NCBI GenBank assembly: GCA_029865285.1 | Contig: JAOUHE010000001.1 | Span: forward strand, 1 to 35,745 | DNA from: Chloroflexota bacterium | GTDB taxonomy: Bacteria; Chloroflexota; Limnocylindria; QHBO01 | Direction: 5' to 3' | Length of the DNA stretch: 35,745 nucleotides | Part shown: in pieces, positions 16,673 to 25,154 of the stretch | Layout: each line of letters opens with the position of its first letter | How positions within the stretch are numbered: position 1 is the first letter of the stretch | Translations under genes and position numbers: made by a program | Notes under the pieces: model-generated | What the model was told of the DNA's origin: nothing | Databases searched by the model: none | The model's input: the letters and a program-made list of their open reading frames with translations, nothing else

Positions 16673-16924
16673 TCATCGCGCGATCCTGCCGGAGCAGAAA
16701 CGGTGCGAGGTAGGCGGGGATGTGCGAGTGCAGTAGGCGAGATTGGAGCTGTGCTCACGGTCGGCGTAAATGACCAGCCGGCCGTACCCTCGCGCCTCCG
16801 CCTTTTCGCGCAGTCGCTCAAGCCGATTCAGATAGAGCGTCGGGGAGAGCTCCGGCATCACGGCCGACCTCCCGAACTCGGGCAGCCACACGTCGGCCAG
16901 CCTGGGACGCTTCGTCGTCACCAT
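16673..16924 (-). pseudogene. Probable 5' remnant of a creatinase/prolidase-like (M24 family N-terminal domain) gene
   Basis: From ATG 16924, 5 nt after the upstream stop: MVTTKRPRLADVWLPEFGRSAVMPELSPTLYLNRLERLREKAEARGYGRLVIYADREHSSNLAY. From memory this resembles the N-termini of creatinase/Xaa-Pro peptidase-like proteins. The translation then degenerates (CTRTSPPTSHRFCSGRIAR*). The ORF stops 29 nt before the epimerase start, so the roughly 300 remaining codons expected for such a gene are absent. Confidence 0.35.
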
Positions 16925-16928
16925 CGGT

Positions 16929-18605
16929 TCAGTTCCACCCCGGCGTCCAGGGGAGCGCCTCGGTCGCACCGCGCTCGATGACGTAGAACCGGTTGGTCTC
17001 GACGGTCAGCCGCGGTCCGTCCTCACCGTCAGGCCAATGCACGGCGACGTCGGCCCGCTCGGCGGATCCGAGCCCGATGTGGATCCAGCCAAGCTGGCCG
17101 CCGACGTGGCCGCCGCCCACGGTGACCTCGTGCCAGATCGTTCGGTCACCGACCGTGACCTCGACCCAGGCGCCGATTGCATCTCCGTTGGGACCCGCTT
17201 GTGCCAGGTCGAGCGCCACCCAATTCCCCATCCTCGTCGGGTGGTCCGCGTCGCCCCAACCGACGTTCCGCCACAACTTCACATTTTCACGCCGGTTGAC
17301 GACGATGAGGTCCAGCATGCCGTCGAGGTTGAAGTCGGCGAGCGCAGCTCCGCGGGCACGCGAGAAGCTGAGGACGCCGGCCGCCTCGGCGCGTTCGATG
17401 AACGTGCCATCAGGCTGCCCGAGCAGCAGGTTGCTGGGATCCAGCGCCGCGAAGTCCGGCTGGGCCTCCACGTTGCCCTTTGAAATGAAGAGATCCATGA
17501 GCCCATCGTTGTTGACGTCCTGGAATTCGGCATGCCAGGCCGTCGAACGCATCTCCACGTCCCCCGCGAACGGGCGCCGAGCGGTCACGCCACGCTCCAG
17601 GGCGATGTTGTCGTAGCGCGGCTCGGTTGTTCCATCGGCCAGGGTCTGGAGCTTGTTGTCGCCCTGGCTGGTGAGGAAGACCTCCGGGAAGCCATCGCCG
17701 GTCAGATCCTGGCTCGCGATCCCCATGCCCCACACTCGTACCGTCTGCCACCCCTGGTCGTGCGACCAGAGGCTGGGAGGACGTCCCGGCTCGACCTTCC
17801 AGAGCTGCTCCTCGCCCGCACTGAAATCGACGTAGTAGTGGCGGTCGTTGGAAACCCGCAGGTCACGCCGACCGGAATGATTCCAGTCACTGAACAGCAT
17901 CGACAGTGGGCACCAGGACGGTGTCAGGGGCACGCTCGGCCCAAACCCGTTGCCGGCCGGATTCGGGCGGATCAGCGCGCTGTCGAGACAGAGGTGTTCG
18001 CGGTCGTCGCTCTCCTGATCGAAGTAGTTGCCGATCGCGACGGTCGGCCATTCTGCGGCGCGCTCCCACGTTGCGCTGAAGGCGGTGGTCCAGACGCTTC
18101 CCCCGTCGAACTGCCAGGTCGCGTTCGCCCGCTCGAATCGGCAGTCACCGAGCCCGCGCAGCAGGACGTTCTCGCCGTAGCGCAGCACCGCGAGGTCGGT
18201 CCGGCCATCACTGTCGACGTCGAGTGGGTACGCGCCCGTGACCTGGGTCAGATCGGTCGTCGCGTGCGGAACCGGGCTGAAGTGCAGCGCGCCGCCGGGC
18301 TCGCTCTCGTTCCGGTAGAGGGCGGCCGGCGCCTCGCCTCCGGCGAGATAGATCTCCTGGCGCCCGTCGTCGTTGCAGTCAAAGACTGCCACTCCGCCGC
18401 CCACGAAGTAGATGAAGTCCCCGTCGTAGCGGTGATCGATACCGGCCGCGGCGGCCTCTTCCACGAAGTTGGGCGGGTCGAGGGCGGAGAGGGGCGCGTC
18501 CGGCGTGAGGCCGCGTAGCACGCCCCATGCCACAAGCGCGAAGACCGTCAGGCCAAGCGCCGCGAGGGCCAGCGTCGCCGGGCGCCGCCTCACCGCTTGT
18601 CCCAT
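16929..18605 (-). CDS. CRTAC1-family protein: FG-GAP/VCBS repeats plus C-terminal ASPIC/UnbV domain, N-terminal signal/anchor
   Basis: Ca-binding FG-GAP-like loops DCNDDGRQEIYL, DVDSDGRTDLAVL, DLTGDGFPEVFL, DVNNDGLMDLFIS, DFNLDGMLDLIVV. C-terminal NGDAIGAWVEVTVGDRTIWHEVTVGGGHVGGQLGWIHIGLG is typical of ASPIC/UnbV. N-terminus RRRPATLALAALGLTVFALVAWGVL. Confidence 0.85.
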   Translation of the reverse strand: MGQAVRRRPATLALAALGLTVFALVAWGVLRGLTPDAPLSALDPPNFVEEAAAAGIDHRYDGDFIYFVGGGVAVFDCNDDGRQEIYLAGGEAPAALYRNESEPGGALHFSPVPHATTDLTQVTGAYPLDVDSDGRTDLAVLRYGENVLLRGLGDCRFERANATWQFDGGSVWTTAFSATWERAAEWPTVAIGNYFDQESDDREHLCLDSALIRPNPAGNGFGPSVPLTPSWCPLSMLFSDWNHSGRRDLRVSNDRHYYVDFSAGEEQLWKVEPGRPPSLWSHDQGWQTVRVWGMGIASQDLTGDGFPEVFLTSQGDNKLQTLADGTTEPRYDNIALERGVTARRPFAGDVEMRSTAWHAEFQDVNNDGLMDLFISKGNVEAQPDFAALDPSNLLLGQPDGTFIERAEAAGVLSFSRARGAALADFNLDGMLDLIVVNRRENVKLWRNVGWGDADHPTRMGNWVALDLAQAGPNGDAIGAWVEVTVGDRTIWHEVTVGGGHVGGQLGWIHIGLGSAERADVAVHWPDGEDGPRLTVETNRFYVIERGATEALPWTPGWN

Positions 18606-18729
18606 CGCTCGAGGTCGCCGGTCACGGGCCGCATTGAATCACATCGGGTAGATTTGTCCGGCCTGATCCGGTCCGCATCGTTCCCGAGACCGATAATGGT
18701 GCCGCTGCTCCGGGCGAGACGAGGAGGTC

Positions 18730-20616
18730 ATGGTCGACAGGCTGCGGCGCCGACACCGTTCATGGCGGGGCCGGCGTGGGGTCCAGGTGGTCGCCCTGCT
18801 TGCCCTGCTGCTGGCCCTGCCTCGCTGCGATGCGAGTCTCCCGTACATCGTCACTGGATGCGTTCGCGGCGATCTCGACGGTCACTCGGTGGCTCGCGTC
18901 TGGGACGAACAGCTGCTCGGGCTGATCCGGCAGGTCGTGCCCGCCCCCACCGAGCACGCACGCAACCTGTTCCACATGTCGGCGGCAATGTGGGACGCCT
19001 GGGCAGCCTACGATCCCGATGCCGACGGCGTCTTCGTCACCGAGAAGCTTCAGGCGGCTGATCGGCAGACGGCCCGCGAGGCTGCCATCAGTTTCGCCGC
19101 CTACCGGATCCTCCTGTGGCGCTACGCAGGAGTCGCCGACCTCGCTACAGCCAGGGAGCAACTCGACGCCACCATGGCCTCGCTCTGCTATCGGCCTGAG
19201 GAAACGACGACGGAGGGCGGTTCGCCGTCTGCGCTCGGCAATCGGATCGCGGCCGCCGTGATCGAGTACGGGCGCCATGACGGCTCGCTGGAACAGGAGC
19301 GGTACGTCGACGACTCATACCGCCCCCAGAACGAGCCGATGGTGGTCAAGGAGCCCGGGACCGTCATGCGCGATCCGAACCGGTGGCAGCCGCTCTCCAT
19401 CGGCCAGCAACTCTCGCAGAACGGCCTGCCGATTCCCGGCAACGTGCAGGCCTTCATCGGATCCCAATGGGGCCACGTCACATCGTTCGCGCTCCCCGCT
19501 TCGGCCCAGGGCACGCCCATCGACCCCGGACCTCCCCCGCGCCTCGCAGATCCGGCTACCGATGTGGCCTTCAAACAGGCCGCCATCGATGAGATCCGCT
19601 ACAGCAGTAAACTCGACCCGTCCGACGGAAGGATCATCGACATCGGTCCGGCCTCGAGCGGCCATAACACGCTCGGGACGAACGACGGTGGCGGGTACCC
19701 GACCAACCCGGTGACCGGCGGGCCGTACGCCCCCGACAGGGTTCTGGAGGCCGATTTCGGGCGGGCGGTCGCGGAGTTCTGGGCCGATGGGCCGACCTCC
19801 GAAACGCCCCCCGGTCACTGGAATGTGATCGCCAACTACGTGTCGGACTCACCCGACATCGAGCACCGCATCGGTGGCCAGGGTCCGGTCGTCGATCGCC
19901 TGGAGTGGGACGTGAAGGTCTACCTGGCCTTGAATGGCGCGGTCCATGACGCGGCCATCGCAGCCTGGGGGGTGAAGTCGTTCTACGACTCCGTCCGGCC
20001 GATCTCCATGATTCGGTACATGGGCGGTCTCGGCCAGTCGAGCGACCCGTCCGGGCCGGCCTACGACCCCGAGGGGCTGCCGCTGGTGTCGGGCCTTGTC
20101 GAAGTCGTGACGGCCGAATCGAGCGCGCCCGGCCAGCGGCACGCGGGATTGGCGGACCACATCGGCGAGGTGGCTATCCATGCCTGGCGAGGAAGTCCGG
20201 CCGATCCCAAGACGCAGGTGAGCGGCGTCGGCTGGATCCGCGCGGTGGAGTGGGTACCGTATCAGCGACCGACGTTCGTAACGCCCTCGTTCGCGGGATA
20301 CGTGTCGGGTCACAGCGCGTTCAGCCGTGCCGGCGCCGAGGTCCTGACCGCCATGACAGGCAGCCCCTTCTTCCCGGGCGGTCTGGGAACCTGGTTGATA
20401 CCCGCCGGGAGTCTGCTCCACGAGGATGGGCCGACCGAAGACGTCTCCCTGCAATGGGCAACCTACTACGACGCCTCCGATCAGGCCGGCATCTCGCGCC
20501 TGTGGGGAGGCATCCATATCGCGGCCGATGATCTGCGGGGCCGCGAGATAGGCTCGGTCTGCGGCACGGGAGCATGGGCGGCAGCCGTCGCCCGCTTTGA
20601 TGGAACGGCCCGCTGA
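18730..20616 (+). CDS. PAP2-superfamily / vanadium-dependent haloperoxidase-like secreted protein
   Basis: ATG 18730 with AGGAGG just upstream and a hydrophobic N-terminal signal-like segment. FWADGPTSETPPGHW is present. All three acid-phosphatase/V-haloperoxidase motifs are intact: K416-x6-RP (KSFYDSVRP), SGH (YVSGHSAF) and SR-x3-G-x-H-x3-D (SRLWGGIHIAAD). Confidence 0.8.
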   Translation: MVDRLRRRHRSWRGRRGVQVVALLALLLALPRCDASLPYIVTGCVRGDLDGHSVARVWDEQLLGLIRQVVPAPTEHARNLFHMSAAMWDAWAAYDPDADGVFVTEKLQAADRQTAREAAISFAAYRILLWRYAGVADLATAREQLDATMASLCYRPEETTTEGGSPSALGNRIAAAVIEYGRHDGSLEQERYVDDSYRPQNEPMVVKEPGTVMRDPNRWQPLSIGQQLSQNGLPIPGNVQAFIGSQWGHVTSFALPASAQGTPIDPGPPPRLADPATDVAFKQAAIDEIRYSSKLDPSDGRIIDIGPASSGHNTLGTNDGGGYPTNPVTGGPYAPDRVLEADFGRAVAEFWADGPTSETPPGHWNVIANYVSDSPDIEHRIGGQGPVVDRLEWDVKVYLALNGAVHDAAIAAWGVKSFYDSVRPISMIRYMGGLGQSSDPSGPAYDPEGLPLVSGLVEVVTAESSAPGQRHAGLADHIGEVAIHAWRGSPADPKTQVSGVGWIRAVEWVPYQRPTFVTPSFAGYVSGHSAFSRAGAEVLTAMTGSPFFPGGLGTWLIPAGSLLHEDGPTEDVSLQWATYYDASDQAGISRLWGGIHIAADDLRGREIGSVCGTGAWAAAVARFDGTAR

Positions 20617-20642
20617 GCGGCGGGTCGACCCTCTCGCTCAGC
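20612..20642. terminator. Inverted repeat between convergent genes (possible bidirectional terminator)
   Basis: GCTGAGCG (20612..20619) pairs with CGCTCAGC (20635..20642) across a 15-nt loop. The arms contain the stop codons of both convergent genes. No U-tract. Confidence 0.3.
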
Positions 20643-21627
20643 CTCGCTCGGCAGCCTCGAAGATGCGCTCGATGACTCGCAGATTGGCGACCGCATCCGC
20701 CGCCGCCACCGGCGTGGGCAGACCATCGAGGATGGCCGCCGCGAATCGTTCGACCTCGGCGGTATAGGGGTCCGCCGTCTCGAACGTCAGGACCTCGGTG
20801 CTCGGGGCGACGGGGGGATCACCACCGGCCGTGACGAACACTTCGGTTGGGCGATCCGGCGGGATATTGAACGGGATCCCGACCGAGATGCGCCCCTCGG
20901 TCCCGTACACGTGGACCCGCTGGTCGTCCTCCGCACGAATCGAGCAGGTGAAGGTCGCCACCCCGTCACCGAATTCCAGGATCCCGCTGGTCAGGATGTC
21001 GACCCCGCTCGCCGGATCACGGGTGATGGATGCTGTCACGCGGGTCGGCTCGCTGCCGAACAGCATGCGCGACAGGTTGACCGAGTAGCACCCCACGTCG
21101 AACAGCGCCCCGCCGCCAGCCTCGCGGATATTGCGGATGTTCGTCGGGTCGTCGTTGAAGTACGAGAACCAGCTCTGAATGGCTGTGAGCCGACCGATGC
21201 GACCCGACGAGACCAGCTCCCGCACCGCGATCCACGACGGGTGCTGGCGATACATGAACGCCTCCATCAAGCGCAGGCCAGCCGCCGCAAAGACATCGAC
21301 CATCGCCTGGGCATCGCCAGCTGTCATGGCGAGTGGCTTCTCACACAGGACGTGCTTGCCGGCGCGGGCCGCAGCGGTGGCCCACTCGGCATGGAGGTGA
21401 TTCGGCAGCGGGATGTAGACCGCATCCACCGCGGCGTCTGCGAGCAGCGCCTCATACGAGCCGTGCGCCGTCGGGATGCGGAGCTCGTGGGCGACCTCGC
21501 GAGCCCGGGTCGCGTCGCGTGAGGCGATCGCCACCACCTCGACGCGACTGGCCTTCTTCATCCCCGGGATGACTTTGGTCCGTGCGATGTCGGCGGTCGA
21601 AAGGACCCCCAGCCGCAGCTTGTCCAC
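20638..21627 (-). CDS. Gfo/Idh/MocA family NAD(P)-dependent oxidoreductase (sugar dehydrogenase-like)
   Basis: From GTG 21627: VDKLRLGVLSTADIARTKVIPGMKKASRVEVVAIASRD...VYIPLPNHLHAEWATAAARAGKHVLCEKPLA, a Rossmann N-terminus plus the EKP motif. The start lies 8 nt after the SDR stop. The upstream 69 codons of the track ORF overlap the SDR gene and I reject them. Confidence 0.85.
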   Translation of the reverse strand: MDKLRLGVLSTADIARTKVIPGMKKASRVEVVAIASRDATRAREVAHELRIPTAHGSYEALLADAAVDAVYIPLPNHLHAEWATAAARAGKHVLCEKPLAMTAGDAQAMVDVFAAAGLRLMEAFMYRQHPSWIAVRELVSSGRIGRLTAIQSWFSYFNDDPTNIRNIREAGGGALFDVGCYSVNLSRMLFGSEPTRVTASITRDPASGVDILTSGILEFGDGVATFTCSIRAEDDQRVHVYGTEGRISVGIPFNIPPDRPTEVFVTAGGDPPVAPSTEVLTFETADPYTAEVERFAAAILDGLPTPVAAADAVANLRVIERIFEAAERG

Positions 21628-21635
21628 GGCTCCGC

Positions 21636-22343
21636 TCAACCCCAGGAGGTCTCGGTGACCGGGCGGAACGCGACCTCCAGGATCCGATGTGTCCGAGGCC
21701 GCGTCAGCGCGAACATCACCGTCTCGGCAACGTCCTCCGGCTTCATCATGCCGGCCAGCTGGGGCATTCCCGGGGTTCGCCCGCGGCCCATGGCGAACTC
21801 GGTCGCCACGCCACCGGGGCAGATGTTGGTGCAACGCACGCCGTGCTCTCGCAGCTCGTGATCGAGCGCCCGCGTGAGCCCCACCTGGGCGAATTTCGAG
21901 GCGCAGTAGACGACCTCGAACGGCAGCCCGCGCCGCCCCGCCTCGCTGGCGATGGTGACGATATCGGCTCCCTCGCTGCGCAGCAGGTGGGGGAGCGCGG
22001 CGCGCACCGAGTAGATGGCACCCTTCACATTGACGTCGATCATCTCCTCGAGCTGATCGTCGGGGAGGTCAAGGAACGGGCCGTACGCCCCGACGCCGGC
22101 ATTGATGACCAGGATGTCGAGGCCGCCGAAGCGATCCACCGTGGCGCCGACCAGGGCGTTGAGCGAGGCCGAGTCGCGCACGTCGCATGGACGAGCGACG
22201 GCACCCGCGATCCCGAGGTCATCACCGCTCCGCGATCCGAGTCCGAGCCGAACTCCGTCGTTCGCGAGCGCTCCCGCCACAGCGGCACCGATGCCGCGAC
22301 TCGCGCCGGTGATCAGCGCGACCTTGCCGTCCAGATTGAGCAT
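21636..22343 (-). CDS. Classical short-chain dehydrogenase/reductase (SDR)
   Basis: From ATG 22343 (GGAGG upstream): MLNLDGKVALITGASRGIGAAVA (TGxxxGxG), NAGV, and a catalytic S...YCASK tetrad. 236 aa. I reject the track ORF's 136-codon extension into the intergenic region and the ROK gene. Confidence 0.88.
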   Translation of the reverse strand: MLNLDGKVALITGASRGIGAAVAGALANDGVRLGLGSRSGDDLGIAGAVARPCDVRDSASLNALVGATVDRFGGLDILVINAGVGAYGPFLDLPDDQLEEMIDVNVKGAIYSVRAALPHLLRSEGADIVTIASEAGRRGLPFEVVYCASKFAQVGLTRALDHELREHGVRCTNICPGGVATEFAMGRGRTPGMPQLAGMMKPEDVAETVMFALTRPRTHRILEVAFRPVTETSWG

Positions 22344-22413
22344 CTTGGAAGTCGTCCTCCGTCTGCGCCTGATAGTCGCGGGGCGGCAGGCATGGCCCGC
22401 GTCACTCTCACGC

Positions 22414-22441
22414 TTGACACGTCCCGCTGCAATGTAAGAGT
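22414..22441 (+). promoter_or_regulatory. Candidate promoter for the ROK regulator in the divergent intergenic region
   Basis: A perfect -35 TTGACA (22414..22419) is followed after 15-16 nt by TGTAAGAGT (22433..22441), a weak extended -10-like element. An imperfect palindrome CAAA-CA-TTTG (22448..22457) sits just downstream and could be an operator. Sequence resemblance only. Confidence 0.25.
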
Positions 22442-22477
22442 CTACGACAAACATTTGGCAGAGAGGATCACAAACCC

Positions 22478-23713
22478 GTGGCGATGGACTGGGACGTGGT
22501 CGGGCAGCGCAGCGAGACCGTGCGGCGCGCGAACCTGAGTGCGATCGTCCGCGAGCTCCACCTGCGAGGTCCCCTCTCACGATCCGAGCTGGTGGCTCGC
22601 ACCGGTCTGACCCGCAGCGCCATTCGGGTTCTCCTCGGAGAGCTGGTCGCCGCCGACCTCGTCTCGGAGGATCGACGCGCTCACCTGGGCACTCCCGGAC
22701 GGCCTTCGCCGCTCGTGCACGCGAATCCCACGACAGCAGTTGTCCTGGCACTCGACATTGCCGTCGACTCGTGCGCCGTCGCCCTGGTCGGATTCGGCGG
22801 GGAGGTTCTCGCCCTGCAGCGAGTGGACCGGCCGCGTGGCCACCTGTCGGTCGCGGACACGATCGCCGACCTGGTGCAGCTTGCCGGGCCGGTCCTGGCG
22901 CCGACGCGCGGATCGGACGCCCTCATCGCGGTTGGCATCTCCGTTGCCGGCATCATCCGGCGTCCCGACGGATTAGTGCGCATGGCCCCCAACCTCGGTT
23001 GGCGCGACGTCGCTCTCGCCAATCAGCTCGGCGGCGCGCTCGGCGTGCAGGTCCCGATCTCGGTCGCGAACGAGGCGGACCTCGGAGCACTTGCCGAGCT
23101 GCGCCGCGGATCGGCGGTTGGCCTGGACGACGTCCTCTACCTGTCGGGCGAGGTGGGCGTCGGCGGCGGCCTGATCGTCGGCGGCCGGCCGCTGACCGGC
23201 GCGGCCGGCTACGGGGGAGAGGTCGGCCACTTCCCGATACGTCCCGACGGCGCTCCCTGCCACTGCGGGTCGGTAGGCTGCTGGGAGACAGAGATCGGCG
23301 AGCGCGCGCTGCTGCGCCAGGCCGGCTATGACCAGGGCGGGGGCCGGGACCAGGTTGACGCACTCCTCGCCGATGCTGCGACCGGATCGCCCAGCGCCCT
23401 CGCCGCACTCGCCGCGGTGGGTCGCTGGCTCGGGATCGGCCTGGCCGGGCTGGTGAACATCCTCAATCCGCAGATCGTCGTGCTCGGTGGTCTCTTCCAT
23501 CGCATCCACCCCTTCGTGGCTGCGACGATCGAGACCGAGCTTGACCGGCTTGCACTGGAGGCGTCACGGGCGCTCGTGCGCATCGTGCCGTCGATGCTGG
23601 CCGAGGACGCCCCGTTGCTCGGTGCGGCCGAGATGGCATTCGACGCGCTCCTGTCCGACCCGGCCGGTTACCTTGGGCGATTCGAGCCACTGGCCGCCGC
23701 AGGAGGTGTCTAA
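22478..23713 (+). CDS. ROK-family transcriptional regulator (candidate xylose repressor)
   Basis: N-terminal wHTH (RRANLSAIVRELHLRGPLSRSELVARTGLTRSAIRVLLGELV), a sugar-kinase-like body, and the ROK zinc motif HCGSVGCWETEIG. GTG 22478 lies 11 nt after GAGG. It sits directly upstream of xylFHG. Confidence 0.85.
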   Translation: MAMDWDVVGQRSETVRRANLSAIVRELHLRGPLSRSELVARTGLTRSAIRVLLGELVAADLVSEDRRAHLGTPGRPSPLVHANPTTAVVLALDIAVDSCAVALVGFGGEVLALQRVDRPRGHLSVADTIADLVQLAGPVLAPTRGSDALIAVGISVAGIIRRPDGLVRMAPNLGWRDVALANQLGGALGVQVPISVANEADLGALAELRRGSAVGLDDVLYLSGEVGVGGGLIVGGRPLTGAAGYGGEVGHFPIRPDGAPCHCGSVGCWETEIGERALLRQAGYDQGGGRDQVDALLADAATGSPSALAALAAVGRWLGIGLAGLVNILNPQIVVLGGLFHRIHPFVAATIETELDRLALEASRALVRIVPSMLAEDAPLLGAAEMAFDALLSDPAGYLGRFEPLAAAGGV

Positions 23714-23749
23714 TATGCGGGCCGACGTTCAACGAAGGGCCTTGCCGTG

Positions 23750-23771
23750 CGAGCGGCAAGGTCGTACCCTG
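23750..23771 (+). terminator. Stem-loop downstream of the ROK gene
   Basis: CCTTGCCG (23750..23757), loop TGCGAG, CGGCAAGG (23764..23771). An 8-bp perfect stem 37 nt after the stop, with no U-tract. Confidence 0.3.
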
Positions 23772-23916
23772 CACGGACATCGGATTGTCGCCCCAAAGGC
23801 GAGTGGCGAAGGTCCCGGTCTGCCCGAATCCCTGCGCGCGGAACGAAGCGAGGGAGGGCACGACTGAAGGAAGTACGCATCGGACTGGTCAACGTCATCT
23901 TGAGAAGGAGTCACCC

Positions 23917-25065
23917 ATGCTAGCTCGCCGAATGGTGGCGATCCTCCCGCTCGTCGCGCTTCTGGTCGCGGCGTGCACCTCGGCCTCAAATGAGCCGAGC
24001 GGATCCACAGATGCCTCGGCGTCCGGATCCGCCCCGGCCGCCGACTGCATCGTCGCGGTCTCCTGGAACAACTTCCAGCAGCCGCGCTGGGCCCGCGCCG
24101 ACAAGCCGGCCATGCAGGATGCCGTTGAGGCCGGTGGCGGCACGTTCATCGACGCCGACGCCAACCTCGACAGCCTGCAGCAGGCAACCGATATCGACAG
24201 CTTCATCGAGCAGGGGGCTGACGTCCTCGTGCTGCTGGCCCAGGATGGCACCGCCATCCTGCCGTCGGTCGAAAAGGCCAAGACGGCCGGCATCCCGGTC
24301 ATCGCCTACGACCGGCTCCTTGAAGATCCCGACATCCTGTACCTGACCTTCGATAACCAGGGCGTCGGCGTCGCCGAGGCCGAGGCCATCCTGGCCGCGG
24401 TGCCGACCGGCAACTACGTCGTCATCAAGGGCGACCCTGGCGACGCGAACGCAACCTTCCTGCGCGATGGCTTTGACGTTGCCGGGCTCCAGGACGCGGT
24501 CGATGCTGGTGACATCACCATCATCTACGAGGAGTTCACCGACGCCTGGTCCACCGAGAACGCAGAAGCCAACATGGATGCAGCCATCCAGCTGGCCAAG
24601 TCCCAGGGCATCGAGATCGATGCGGTCCTCTCGGAGAACGACAGCATGGCGCTCGGCGTCGTTGCCTCGCTCACCAAGGAAGGCCTGCAGGGGACGGTCC
24701 CGGTCAGTGGGCAGGACGGCGACTTCGCCAACCTGAACAACGTGGCCAAGGGCCTGCAGTACGTCGACGTCTGGAAGGATGCCTTCGCACTCGGCAAGAC
24801 GGCCGGTGAGGCTGCCCTCCAGCTCTGCGCTGGCAAGACCAACGCCGAAGTGACGGCTCCGGACGGACTCGGTCTCGCAGCGCCGGCCGCCGGGACAGCG
24901 ACGACCGACTTCGAGACCCCCGGCGGGAACACCGTCAAGTCGATCATCCTGACCCCGACACCGGTCACCTTCGACACGCTTGACCTCGTGGTCGACTCGT
25001 GGATCCCGAAGGCGGACCTCTGCGCCGGCGTGGACGCGGCTTCGGCCCCGGACGCCTGCAAGTAA
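23917..25065 (+). CDS. xylF: D-xylose ABC transporter substrate-binding lipoprotein
   Basis: ATG 23917 with AAGGAG (23905..23910). Lipoprotein signal MLARRMVAILPLVALLVAAC|TS. The mature part aligns by eye with E. coli XylF blocks (PRW vs ERW, VLVLLAQDG, IPVIAYDRL, FDNQGVG, GNYVVIKG, VSGQDGD). The 44 upstream codons of the track ORF are rejected. Confidence 0.85.
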   Translation: MLARRMVAILPLVALLVAACTSASNEPSGSTDASASGSAPAADCIVAVSWNNFQQPRWARADKPAMQDAVEAGGGTFIDADANLDSLQQATDIDSFIEQGADVLVLLAQDGTAILPSVEKAKTAGIPVIAYDRLLEDPDILYLTFDNQGVGVAEAEAILAAVPTGNYVVIKGDPGDANATFLRDGFDVAGLQDAVDAGDITIIYEEFTDAWSTENAEANMDAAIQLAKSQGIEIDAVLSENDSMALGVVASLTKEGLQGTVPVSGQDGDFANLNNVAKGLQYVDVWKDAFALGKTAGEAALQLCAGKTNAEVTAPDGLGLAAPAAGTATTDFETPGGNTVKSIILTPTPVTFDTLDLVVDSWIPKADLCAGVDAASAPDACK

Positions 25066-25088
25066 CCCAGCAAGCCCTCTGAGTTAAT

Positions 25089-25124
25089 GACGCCCTGCGT
25101 CGCGATCGCGCGACGCAGGGCGTC
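25089..25124 (+). terminator. Perfect 16-bp GC-rich hairpin between xylF and xylH (intra-operon attenuator / mRNA stabiliser)
   Basis: GACGCCCTGCGTCGCG (25089..25104), loop ATCG, CGCGACGCAGGGCGTC (25109..25124), followed by CTCGTTT. It lies 24 nt after the xylF stop and 30 nt before the xylH start. Confidence 0.55.
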
Positions 25125-25154
25125 CTCGTTTCAGCCCCAGGAGGATGTGGCCGC

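Noticed and set aside
16993-18518. 207-aa and 328-aa plus-strand ORFs opposite the CRTAC1-like gene
   Set aside because: They are antisense to a gene with repeated FG-GAP and ASPIC motifs, and no motifs of their own were seen.
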